Source of the DNA: a virus | Taxonomy: Duplodnaviria > Caudoviricetes | IMG/VR virus record: IMGVR_UViG_3300021379_000005 | Location: 1 to 64,000 of that record | Length of the DNA: 64,000 nt | Direction: 5' to 3' (one strand) | In this document: positions 46,601-55,687 of the stretch, piece by piece | Layout: each line of letters opens with the position of its first letter | How positions within the stretch are numbered: the first letter of the stretch is position 1 | Notes under the pieces: generated by a model | Database searches by the model: none | The model's input: only the letters and a program-made list of their open reading frames with translations | Told to the model about the DNA's origin: nothing | Position numbers and translations under genes: made by a program

Positions 46601-47887
46601 TTCATCTTTCTGTCCAGATGCCGTAATCGCAGATGTAATATTTGGAGTATTATTTGCTTGATCGTAGAAAATTGCAACAAAACCATTTACTGCAGTACCT
46701 GTTGGTTCTCCATCTGATGTTGTTGCTTTTGAATACGCCCAGTAATCGGTGTCGGAACCATTGTTTTTCGGCCACGAATAATCATTTGCACCACCAGAAA
46801 GTGTCTCTTGTTGTGGGCCAAGTCCGTTAGGCCCCACCAATGCACCGTATGGAACATCAATTGTCTTACCCCAATGGTAAGATATAGTAAACACACATTG
46901 ACTTAGGTCTGCGACCCAAGGCATTACCTCTGTTCTTTTAAATTTAAATAAAGTTGACCTTGAAACATTATTAGAAGTCGCAACCCAATCTTCTTCTGGC
47001 AAAACTCTTCCATTCAAAGAAACTCTAAATTCACCAGAACCAAGGTCAGAAATTGTAAGTGGGAAATCACCAATAATTGATGGCCATGTGTTTGAGTCAG
47101 TAGGGTCAATATTTGCAAAAGGCGTTGAACCACCCGAACCTAAGTTTAATTCTGTAACTACTTTATGTTCTCTTACAACTTTCCAAAGTTTACCAGCAAC
47201 TAATTGGTCTGCTGGTGTACCATCTTCGGAATAATCTCTATTATACTGGACTGGTAATACTTGTTGATACGCAGTAAGATTTCCAGTTCCTGCGTCAATT
47301 TCATTAAGAATTTCACTTGTTGTAAAATCACTGGTAATTTCATTGCCGGGAGTACCATCTGCAGCAGTATCAAAAGTTACATCTCTACTTAAATTTAAAT
47401 TAAATATTTCTGGGAATTCAAATGGATGAACTGTTAAATCGTGTGCCAGTTGGAATAAAAGTCCACCATCATTTCCTGTGAAATGTGTAACATGTTCGAT
47501 ATACTTGATTTCAATTACTTCTCCAGAAATAGGACTAACGTTGTCGGCAAAAATAATTGCACCGAACTCTCCTAATGCAGAATCGTATTTAATTGAACCT
47601 TGTCCTGCAGAAGTACTACCTTCCACATAAACTTTATCTCTGTATAATTCTGCATCAGTTGCAGTTACTCCAGACACCAAGGAGTTATTACCAAAACGTC
47701 TGTTAAGGTAAAAACGTGTTTCTCCAATTCTGATGTCCCACTCCCAATCCTTATCAGAAATATCAACTTTTGATCTTAAAAAATAAGTATTAGACCCACT
47801 CAGTGCATTGTGTGTTTCAACTTGACTGCGGTGAGGGACATCGATAATGTCATTTCTTTGTATGCTATATCCACTGGCAATAGACAT
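43682..47887 (-). CDS. Large virion structural protein, paralogue family member 2 (1401 aa)
   Basis: GYSIQRN, LAHDL, RKPQKWRMRF, VNVATAYQL, GRDGIK..YREPGEL, DDDYAW.VVQRHVD, KPWDFH and GNGMR blocks; AAGGAG RBS. Confidence 0.85.
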   Translation of the reverse strand: MSIASGYSIQRNDIIDVPHRSQVETHNALSGSNTYFLRSKVDISDKDWEWDIRIGETRFYLNRRFGNNSLVSGVTATDAELYRDKVYVEGSTSAGQGSIKYDSALGEFGAIIFADNVSPISGEVIEIKYIEHVTHFTGNDGGLLFQLAHDLTVHPFEFPEIFNLNLSRDVTFDTAADGTPGNEITSDFTTSEILNEIDAGTGNLTAYQQVLPVQYNRDYSEDGTPADQLVAGKLWKVVREHKVVTELNLGSGGSTPFANIDPTDSNTWPSIIGDFPLTISDLGSGEFRVSLNGRVLPEEDWVATSNNVSRSTLFKFKRTEVMPWVADLSQCVFTISYHWGKTIDVPYGALVGPNGLGPQQETLSGGANDYSWPKNNGSDTDYWAYSKATTSDGEPTGTAVNGFVAIFYDQANNTPNITSAITASGQKDELASTEEGTSWMLTFQENDNFQRPFDLIYPTPVSNDKEDVKDALRRITNGFLVESNKGVDLLSDTNLSFASSLSPSAVRKPQKWRMRFEWNDDEKYLKVNVATAYQLQDDFTISQPQGRDGIKNPVYREPGELCDVYTSPMVGRGAILQMSKAKSQWFRKTQVEDSISTTYPMSYRLTVTNHGLGLFLFDHASVDQDDDYAWLVVQRHVDQTTGQPEFTEKSPVHCVYSPCKRPVDVSSLTPYFASQDLDDLSKPAPIQNSLGQVFRSEAPTIYVNRDGGLFNGIVNAIDFTALGYATGGNTQNSLGQLYHTDIRVDLTRGFSSNAMSENQNLWGQTLYRLQVDVTNSPGAIAGETLTPGKYILESDAQTGGGRIVSYNSSNGELLVSGWSAANIVGTTQTYAAGPPIVPAQGTIEEGTSSSGDVMVDFTVNPSGSPQWIIVPTDGLSGSTWAEQILDPVFDLQIQGFNSLPRRKDVSLAAGASASPAALEQVTVGGGSPVLEHYDRSGSLLTATTPISANYVLGNTAGISFSENIAFPQNIIERMSTFKDASQSGTGVPAATESVGLVDYKEADSALLDILFGSPVGNMDKVFESLVVALDDVEVIRDSNAYILTYEDWVNNGDPSTVQRFIESLDAAGVDTLGTDFKFPSVDGNSVEWNNSQITLTTPYTIDSGTSNNSTGRNFFSQHASNPSSPTFSLTTAQAVTTTGNYLLQNKLPGDPVFSSPNTLRNEYMYDFFNHTFYFKVAPRSGSELTISLINYVTSNPAQGAYIITIPEDRDFPERNMNEVKTINRFVVREQDVLKPWDFHVSATMHEIDSHAVINPMEQLSITQDRNFVFSFPTQITTQRFYYPQSELDIICISSADFSTQSGHVEINKYDDSDGVNEEFRGGSFVPASISSTSPNEVTRYAGHEGPDGVKYIWRKNARKYEGMSATLPNGNGMRVFMQVTGSSIRYSDVTPGTAPGSTLGS

Positions 47888-47913
47888 TCATATCTCCTTT
47901 GTATTTTTCTTTA

Positions 47914-47921
47914 TATTTATA
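47914..47921 (-). promoter_or_regulatory. T4-type late promoter TATAAATA
   Basis: Exact motif upstream of 43682-47887. Confidence 0.8.
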
Positions 47922-47960
47922 AAAATTTTTTTGTTGTTTTACTAAATTCTCAAACTATCT

Positions 47961-50012
47961 TCATACTGCTGGTGTTCCTACAGGGTCATATGTGTCAAGA
48001 TTGATATCACTATTAAAGATATATTGTCCATTTACTAAGACTAGTAATCTCATTCCATTTCCAAACGCCATGGTTGAACGCATTCCTTGGTATCTTCTTT
48101 TATCTACATTAGTACCATTGTATAGATATGTTGTCATTGGCACATTACTGGATTCTGCTACTACTTCTGCAGAAGAAAAACAAATCATATCCATCTCTTC
48201 TTTAGGATACATATATCTTTGTGTCGTAAGTCCAGTTGGGAAAGTGATAATAAATCTATTTTCATCTGTGATGGCTAATTGTTCTAATGGATTGATAACT
48301 GCATTACTATCTGTCTGATGTTTTGTTGCAAATTTATGCACATCAGTTGGTTTTAATACATCAAATTCTCTTACAACAAATCTCCAAATATTTTTTGCTT
48401 GCCATTCATCCGCAAGATAGTCTTCTCTATCGTATGGACTCAATATATAGAATGTTTTTGAATTGTCCATGTTTGATAAATTGTATATATTTCCCGCTTC
48501 GTCAAATACTGTGTCTACCAAATCTTCTGCAGTCTGTAGGTTTGCTGCTTGATTGGAAAAGTAAATTCCAGCATCAGAAGAATAAAAACTTTCTCTAGAA
48601 CAAGAGTACATGCAGTGAACAGGGAATTTAGACGCTTCGTCAGTTCTTGGAAGTCCTGATTCATTACTTGATGTTCTTTGAATACAGAACCATGCATAAT
48701 CATCTGCCTGATCTGCTGCAGCATCATCATACATATAAAGAACAATACCTTTTTCTGTCATAGTGAGTCTATACGAAAATGGGTATGTTCCTTGCAGTTC
48801 TGCATTCATTTTTGGAAATCTTTTGAACCAACCATAACCCTTTCTTTTGTTTCTAAATCTAATTGATCTGTTATTGATATATTTCTTATAATCTGTTCCA
48901 GAAGGGGCAGCTGCCTGATTAAAAGAAGAACCTGTATCTGGCATATAGAAGGTTGCAAGTGGGTACTCCGAAAAAGTATGAACTGTAGAAGAACCTGTTC
49001 CACCAGCACTAATATCTGCCTGATCTGCCGCAGCCTTGTCCAAGTATACTGGATAGTAATAACCTTGAGTTACACCATAAGTACCAGTATCTGTGTTTTG
49101 TCCAAAGACAAAATACGGCCCTGTATTTGCAACATCTGCAGTAATAGTTACATCATCAAAATGCAAGTCTGCTAGTTCTCCCGGCATTCTTATAATAGAA
49201 GTATCAACAGTTGAACCATTCTCTAATGTAATTAATCCATCGGTCGTAAGTTGTGGATTTGAAATAGTTCCATCTGTACTAATCTGATTAGATGTGCCTA
49301 CATTTACCTTAAACCATCCATACATGGGATTTGGAATACCGACTGTACTTTCCCAACCACTATTTAAAATCCCATTATAACTGTAGCCTGGATGGTATTC
49401 TGGTTGATACTCTGCTTCTAATACAGTATTTCCTTCTTGGTATTGTGGTCTTCCTTGTGATGCCATTCTAAGATTCAATTGATATAATTCATTATTAAAT
49501 TCTCTATCACCAGTTGTACCAACACCAGCACCCATTAAACGTGGTCTAAGGTCGAATTCAAATCTTATTCTATAATTTTGATCAATACCTCTCGCAACTG
49601 CACCAGACTTAGGCAGAATTTGATTTGTAGTCTGAAAAATCATAACATGTTGCTCTGGATTGGTTCCATCACCAACCTCACTGAAGTTTGCAACACCAGC
49701 GTATACACCACTACCACCACCATTTGCAGAAGATGGGCGGTTTAATGATATCTGACTAAAAAACTGTTTTGTTACCTGAGTTGTAACTAGAGTTTGAGTC
49801 TCATCAATTAATTCATTTCCAGCGATTGGTTCACCAGCAAATAATGGCCATTCTCTTGCCAAATCTTCAGCAAGAACGCCCATAAATCCACCACTAATAC
49901 TACCATCATTACTATTTACGCCGCCGTTGCCGATTACAGAAGTAAACGAATTTCTTTGACGAGATATTCCAAAATTAGGAAAGTAGTTTGGGTCTATATT
50001 TCTCTGTGCCAT
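47961..50012 (-). CDS. Virion structural protein, paralogue family member 1, closest to the minimal scaffold (683 aa)
   Basis: FGISRQRN, LAEDL, YRIRF, KVNVGT, RMPGEL, YPFSYRLT, DDYAWF.IQR, PVHCMYS, RFVVRE.DVLKP, INPLEQL and FGNGMR blocks. Possible GATAAATA promoter variant at 50042-50049. Confidence 0.85.
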   Translation of the reverse strand: MAQRNIDPNYFPNFGISRQRNSFTSVIGNGGVNSNDGSISGGFMGVLAEDLAREWPLFAGEPIAGNELIDETQTLVTTQVTKQFFSQISLNRPSSANGGGSGVYAGVANFSEVGDGTNPEQHVMIFQTTNQILPKSGAVARGIDQNYRIRFEFDLRPRLMGAGVGTTGDREFNNELYQLNLRMASQGRPQYQEGNTVLEAEYQPEYHPGYSYNGILNSGWESTVGIPNPMYGWFKVNVGTSNQISTDGTISNPQLTTDGLITLENGSTVDTSIIRMPGELADLHFDDVTITADVANTGPYFVFGQNTDTGTYGVTQGYYYPVYLDKAAADQADISAGGTGSSTVHTFSEYPLATFYMPDTGSSFNQAAAPSGTDYKKYINNRSIRFRNKRKGYGWFKRFPKMNAELQGTYPFSYRLTMTEKGIVLYMYDDAAADQADDYAWFCIQRTSSNESGLPRTDEASKFPVHCMYSCSRESFYSSDAGIYFSNQAANLQTAEDLVDTVFDEAGNIYNLSNMDNSKTFYILSPYDREDYLADEWQAKNIWRFVVREFDVLKPTDVHKFATKHQTDSNAVINPLEQLAITDENRFIITFPTGLTTQRYMYPKEEMDMICFSSAEVVAESSNVPMTTYLYNGTNVDKRRYQGMRSTMAFGNGMRLLVLVNGQYIFNSDINLDTYDPVGTPAV

Positions 50013-50040
50013 TAATTTTTTTCTCTCATTACTTTATCAA

Positions 50041-53000
50041 CTATTTATCTCTAAATATTGAAAGAATTTTTCCTGTTACAAAAGTAATTGGATGCCACAC
50101 AGTACACCAAATTCTTCCTACAATATCGTCTTTCTCTTTTTCACCAATACCTAAGTGTCCTGCATAACCATCTCTACTTAAAATATACTTTAAGTGTTGC
50201 GTTCTTCTTTGCGCCAACCATCCACCAGACTTAGTTAAGGTGGTACTCTTTCTCATTCCTTTAACCCAAGGCATGAATAAGAAATGATAACCTCTTTGAT
50301 GATACTGAGTCAAATGAGTCTTTGTATGCAATCCCCAAATCTTCATTGCAATTTTCCAATCATCTAGTTGTGTTTGTCTATACATTTCTGTACAAACAAT
50401 TTTATCAGACTGACCAGAAGTACCACTACCTCCAGAATCACTAATATTGTCATCTCTAGTTGGGCCAATCATTGTCCCTGTCTGTCCTGTTCCAGTAGAG
50501 AACACACCATCTGGTTGATCCGCTCTTAGGGATTGAATTTCATCATGTGTCATAGGACTATCAAAATATGTTACAGTGCCAGTTGATGGTTCATAGTGAG
50601 ATGAAAATGTCGGTTCATTATTATTATCATCATTTCCACCACCACCAGAATATACTGGATTTCCGTTTCCATCTGTAACAGGATTGCCATTTCCATCCGT
50701 AACTACTGTTATAGGTGCAGTGCTAGTGGTTGTAGTGGTATTAGAACCACCACCGCCACCGCCACCTGTGTCTGCAGGCGGTGGGCGAGTCCAAGTTGTT
50801 CCAGTACCAGTTCCCCCCAAAGAGAAACACGAGAAACGTGTTAGTCCACCCTCTACATAGAAGTTACCCATTGACGAAGGTGTAACTCTTAAGTCAGTAT
50901 AGTCATTATCAGTTTTGTCTTCAAGTTCAAGAGTAGTCCAACTGTTATTATTATCTTCAGTTATCGGTTCACCACCCAACTTTCTTCTGAAGACCTTATA
51001 TAATGTATATTTCATTTCGAATTGGCCGCCGCCACCAAATGTAAAATCATCATTGACATTCTTGGTACATACACCAAGAGCATCTTCTTCACGATCATTT
51101 CTATAATAACGATACCCATTATAATCTATAGTTTGATGCCTTTGATCATCATAATTGAATGACCATGCAGTTCCTAAAGGATTAAACCCAGTACTATCTC
51201 CAAATCCATACCAACTACCACTACCATCTGCATTGGCAACAGTTCCAAATATACCATTTTGATCGCCCTTAATCACCTCAGTTCCGTATTTGATGAATAC
51301 CCTAGTATTTCCGTCTTGATCTCTACCTTGAGCCCAAACTGATGCACCACCTGTAGCGGGTTCATCACAATTACCAGAATGGAAATACTCTGGATATTCT
51401 CTCACACCTAAACTAGAACTTGTAGTTCCAGTAGTTGTTTGATGAGGCCTTCCGTCATCAATTACTCTTGTTGTCATTTTTGAGGATGCATTACTTCTTA
51501 ATCCAGAAGGATTTAAGACATAGATATCGTCTTCACTCATTTTAATGGTTTGTGTACTTGCATTCGGACCAAATACAATTGATGCTGGGCCAATCCCACC
51601 AGAACCAATATTAGTAAATGTCATTGTATTCTCATACGCCGCTGACCTAGTAGTATCAAATGTAACTGTACATTTTCTAATCGGCCATGGGTCTGGACTT
51701 TGAATATCATTATCGATGTCACTTCTCTTTGCACCTGTGACAACATATTCATCTGGTGCATTCACGGGATCTGTGGATATACTAACAGATGGTAGATACC
51801 CAGCCGGTGGCGCTGGACTAAAGAACGGGCCTGGCGCATTTAAACTGTTTTCTACCTTTGCGTAATGTTCTCCATTTTGACAAAAATACACACGATATTT
51901 TTGTGAACCATTTTTTTGTAATTGGAAAGTATGAACCAAGTAATACTGTTTCCCCTTTCCAAATAAAAGAATTTCTTTTGAGGAAATCGAACCAGTTAAC
52001 TCTTGATTTCCTTCACATGACACGTTAGCAACAGAGTACATAACAACCGCACCCCTATCATCAATCAGTGCAATGCCAGGTTTTGAAATTTTTGTATAGT
52101 CGTTTCCTTTAGAACCAAATACAACAACTACACCATCTCCACCATCTCCTGAGTTAGATTCGTAAGTGCCTTCTTGAGTTTGACTGCCAGGCACCAAATC
52201 TAAGTATGAAGTCTGATTTGATTGTCCACCTCTACCAACTTTAATATCAACAATATCGCCGGGCGATACCATGAAGTCTCCAAAGAATCCACTGGCAGCG
52301 GCCTGGCCACCAATAGTAGCGCTTTTCGATGTACTATTGTAATATCTTCCACCGTGTTGTCCAGCTGCACCACCCGACCCATATACTGGATTTGGTTCTG
52401 ATGGACTTCCATTGGTTGGGAATTCACTAGCAACACTTGTACCAGAACCATGCCATGAAGAACCACCATCTCCACCATCATTATTAAAGAAATGTAATTC
52501 CCCCAATCCTGAACGTTCAAACCAGTAAGTATTAATTGGGAATTTTTCAACCAATGCACTTACAATATTTGCACCACTTGATGGAAGGTCTGCATGATAT
52601 GATAATGGAGTACTTTGTAAGTTATCTCTTGTATATTTCAAAGAGTTTGTTGGTAAAGTAGATAATGCGTAAGTTCTATTGGTTGCAACTCCACCAGTAA
52701 CACTAACCAATTGATTCTTTGTTGGTATAGTTCCCTGGCCAGGTATGATAACAGGTTCCTCTGTAATTGTAGAACCAAACTGTGCTGCATATTCGGCAGT
52801 ACCCACAACATAATTGATACCTTGGAATACTGTATAATTTTGTTGACGGAAAAGGTCTCTGTCAATTACATTAGAGTTTCTTCCAACATATTTTTGATAA
52901 ATTTTATCAATGGTTTCTGTATCTAGTGAAGTTTCTAATGTGAAACTATTCATTGAAACTCCACCAACACCTGTTGGTTGAGACACAGTACCACCATCCG

Positions 53001-55659
53001 TAACACACCAGTACCATTCTTCTTCATGATCTCCCAAGGAAGTATGATAAAATTCAACCTTACCCTCAGAATCAAAAACAAGATGTCTTGGAGCGGGGTT
53101 CGTTGAGGTTGCCGTGGCACTGCCATTAATTACCCATCTGTTATGACTCCAAATTAAAAGTTCCATTCCTGCATAATCAGAGCCAAGGTTTAATGTATAT
53201 GTTCCAGATCCAGCTGGAGTTGTAAAATTAGCACCCCTTTTACCAACTGCATAATACCATTGTTCCTCATCACTTGACGACCCATGTGGCATAACAAAAC
53301 GCCCATCAGACTCAACAATAGATGTGTATGATCGGAAAAAGTTTTTTCCCCAAATAAATACAGGTTTCCCAGCATCTGTAGTACCTACAGGTTCTCTGTG
53401 CGGGTTACCACCTGTGCCTGCTGGAGTTTTAAACTGGCCAGCCTTTTCTTCTGTTGTCATAAAGAACCAAGTTTCTGGGTCAGAACTACTTGGATGTACA
53501 ACACTGACATTTCCATTGGTGTCGGTGTATAGTTTCTGAGATCTATAAAAATTATGACCCCAAATAAAGATGCCCTTCCCAGCTGGTTGGCCAGTTGCAC
53601 CAAGTGGTAAATCGTGTGTTCCACTCCTTGAAAGGGTACTAAACGCACCTCCATCAATTTCTGGTAAAATTGTAGATGTTGTTATCGTTTTTAAATCAGT
53701 AATAACTCTAACTGTGGAGTCTGGATTCGTAATATTCAATCTACCAGATGCGAGTCTAATTTCTCCTTGATTTCCTGTTAGAGTAGGAGCACTTGAACCA
53801 GTAAAATTAACTTGACGAACACCGTCCACATAAATTTCTAATTCTGGACGAACACTCTGTGTAGTATTTTGTAAGTATGCATTATATTCATAATAGAAAT
53901 TTCCACTACTTGAAACAACAAATTCGGAATCTGTTGTGGCAGAATTTGCAGGAATAGGAGTATTTGCAGTAGTAGATGTTACTTCAGTAGTTGCTGTCGA
54001 TGCAGTCCAAAGTTGATATATTTCATTGCCGTCCCTGCCGGCAAATTGATTACCTCTGTAATACCTCACATTATTAGTACCAGTAAATATATATTCTCCT
54101 GTCGCAGGCAGTCCAGCGGCAACTGTACCTCGGATGTTTGTAATCGGATTCGTGAAAGTTGCACTATATACATAAGTAGTGTCACCAACGTGTTCAAACG
54201 AAACGAATGCATCTTCCACTATATTTGATGTAGTTATAGTTGTTGTTTGATTGTTATTGTCGGTTGATCCGTTTTCTGCATAAACTCTGTGTTGATAGAG
54301 ATTTCCATTAGTATTGATAGTACCAGTATCGGTTCCAGTATAGTTTGGAATATTTGTTGTTGTACTTGTAGATAAATTGCTTGCCTGAGCAAGTAAATAT
54401 CTAAATCCGTCTGGCGTTCCAAATGTATTTGGGCCAAAGTCTGTATTTGCATTGATGATATCAACAAAGCCAGGCTTTCCCTGTATGTAACGAATTACAT
54501 CTACTACAGTGTCTGCGTTTACATGTCTAGACTTCTCTGTAGTAGAAGCATTTCTTTCCAACATACTATTGTATATTCTATCCGTAACTTCTGCAGAGAC
54601 CTCTAAACTTTTAACTCTGGATATCTTATACCACTTTAATGTACCTTCAGAATTTTCGTCAATTATTTCAGAAGTCGAAGTATACACCCAACCAGAACTA
54701 TCTCTAACATCTTCTGCAATATCGGTTGATGTTGCAAGAAGTTGGTTTTGCCAATAAAATTTATAACTTGAGTTATCAATTTCTAAAATATATGAACCAT
54801 TGTACTTACCTTCTGCATAATCAGTCTCTGAAAACCCACCTGCAAGTGTTACTGTTCCAGTTTCCGTCTGAAGTGTATCAGTGGTTTCGCCAGGAATTGT
54901 TGTAGATTCTCCTGTTGCATTTGAAAGTTTACCACCAACGCCACCAAAGATTTTAATCTTCTGATTATTTGGCATTGTAATGGTTGTATCTTCACCATCA
55001 AATCCTTGATCTTCTGTACCTACCAATCCTTCACGAACATAATCTTCTACAGTAGGTTGGCCAGGGATATATTGTGAAGAACCAGACCCACCAGCACCAG
55101 TTGCTAAAATTCTAAGTCTTCTGTATCCCTTTGGAATTCTAATTTTCCAATCACCCGCCTCAAAGACTTGTTGATTATCTACTTTGTTAGACCAGTGTTG
55201 TTCATACCCAACTTGTTCAAATCCTTCTTCAGTTCCCATCTTGAAACTCATTGCAGGAATAGTTAACTTAACATATTCCCAATCCTGCGGAGTATCAATT
55301 CTTACAGAACCAAGTTCTTCATTTCTTGTGAAATAGGCAGTATTATTATCATTAATCTGATCCCACCTAGTCATGAATGTTCCATTTTTAAGACGCATAA
55401 ATTTCCATGCGTCTTCAACACAAATAGTAGGAATTAAAATATTATAAGGAAGTGTTGCATCTGATGTTCCACGAAAATCAGAATATTTTATTGTGCGCCC
55501 TCTTGGCCCAACAGGAATATTTCTATTATTAAATCGATCTGGAACATTACCACCACCTCTATAATATTCAGACAGAGAATGGGGTGCGGAGTTATTTACT
55601 GGTTTAAACTCCGCAACAATGTGCGTCATTTTCAGTCTGCCGTCTGCTGGTATTGCCAT
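50041..55659 (-). CDS. Mosaic adhesin/fibre-tip protein (1872 aa)
   Basis: N-terminal MA.P..G......I..EF......SLSEYY.GG......I..SDF.G fibre-tip attachment-type motif; Gly-rich domain; triple IW..H..E.W repeat; C-terminal KIVCT domain. Confidence 0.8.
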   Translation of the reverse strand: MAIPADGRLKMTHIVAEFKPVNNSAPHSLSEYYRGGGNVPDRFNNRNIPVGPRGRTIKYSDFRGTSDATLPYNILIPTICVEDAWKFMRLKNGTFMTRWDQINDNNTAYFTRNEELGSVRIDTPQDWEYVKLTIPAMSFKMGTEEGFEQVGYEQHWSNKVDNQQVFEAGDWKIRIPKGYRRLRILATGAGGSGSSQYIPGQPTVEDYVREGLVGTEDQGFDGEDTTITMPNNQKIKIFGGVGGKLSNATGESTTIPGETTDTLQTETGTVTLAGGFSETDYAEGKYNGSYILEIDNSSYKFYWQNQLLATSTDIAEDVRDSSGWVYTSTSEIIDENSEGTLKWYKISRVKSLEVSAEVTDRIYNSMLERNASTTEKSRHVNADTVVDVIRYIQGKPGFVDIINANTDFGPNTFGTPDGFRYLLAQASNLSTSTTTNIPNYTGTDTGTINTNGNLYQHRVYAENGSTDNNNQTTTITTSNIVEDAFVSFEHVGDTTYVYSATFTNPITNIRGTVAAGLPATGEYIFTGTNNVRYYRGNQFAGRDGNEIYQLWTASTATTEVTSTTANTPIPANSATTDSEFVVSSSGNFYYEYNAYLQNTTQSVRPELEIYVDGVRQVNFTGSSAPTLTGNQGEIRLASGRLNITNPDSTVRVITDLKTITTSTILPEIDGGAFSTLSRSGTHDLPLGATGQPAGKGIFIWGHNFYRSQKLYTDTNGNVSVVHPSSSDPETWFFMTTEEKAGQFKTPAGTGGNPHREPVGTTDAGKPVFIWGKNFFRSYTSIVESDGRFVMPHGSSSDEEQWYYAVGKRGANFTTPAGSGTYTLNLGSDYAGMELLIWSHNRWVINGSATATSTNPAPRHLVFDSEGKVEFYHTSLGDHEEEWYWCVTDGGTVSQPTGVGGVSMNSFTLETSLDTETIDKIYQKYVGRNSNVIDRDLFRQQNYTVFQGINYVVGTAEYAAQFGSTITEEPVIIPGQGTIPTKNQLVSVTGGVATNRTYALSTLPTNSLKYTRDNLQSTPLSYHADLPSSGANIVSALVEKFPINTYWFERSGLGELHFFNNDGGDGGSSWHGSGTSVASEFPTNGSPSEPNPVYGSGGAAGQHGGRYYNSTSKSATIGGQAAASGFFGDFMVSPGDIVDIKVGRGGQSNQTSYLDLVPGSQTQEGTYESNSGDGGDGVVVVFGSKGNDYTKISKPGIALIDDRGAVVMYSVANVSCEGNQELTGSISSKEILLFGKGKQYYLVHTFQLQKNGSQKYRVYFCQNGEHYAKVENSLNAPGPFFSPAPPAGYLPSVSISTDPVNAPDEYVVTGAKRSDIDNDIQSPDPWPIRKCTVTFDTTRSAAYENTMTFTNIGSGGIGPASIVFGPNASTQTIKMSEDDIYVLNPSGLRSNASSKMTTRVIDDGRPHQTTTGTTSSSLGVREYPEYFHSGNCDEPATGGASVWAQGRDQDGNTRVFIKYGTEVIKGDQNGIFGTVANADGSGSWYGFGDSTGFNPLGTAWSFNYDDQRHQTIDYNGYRYYRNDREEDALGVCTKNVNDDFTFGGGGQFEMKYTLYKVFRRKLGGEPITEDNNNSWTTLELEDKTDNDYTDLRVTPSSMGNFYVEGGLTRFSCFSLGGTGTGTTWTRPPPADTGGGGGGGSNTTTTTSTAPITVVTDGNGNPVTDGNGNPVYSGGGGNDDNNNEPTFSSHYEPSTGTVTYFDSPMTHDEIQSLRADQPDGVFSTGTGQTGTMIGPTRDDNISDSGGSGTSGQSDKIVCTEMYRQTQLDDWKIAMKIWGLHTKTHLTQYHQRGYHFLFMPWVKGMRKSTTLTKSGGWLAQRRTQHLKYILSRDGYAGHLGIGEKEKDDIVGRIWCTVWHPITFVTGKILSIFRDK

Positions 55660-55687
55660 GTTAGAATTCTCTTCTCTTACTAATTAA

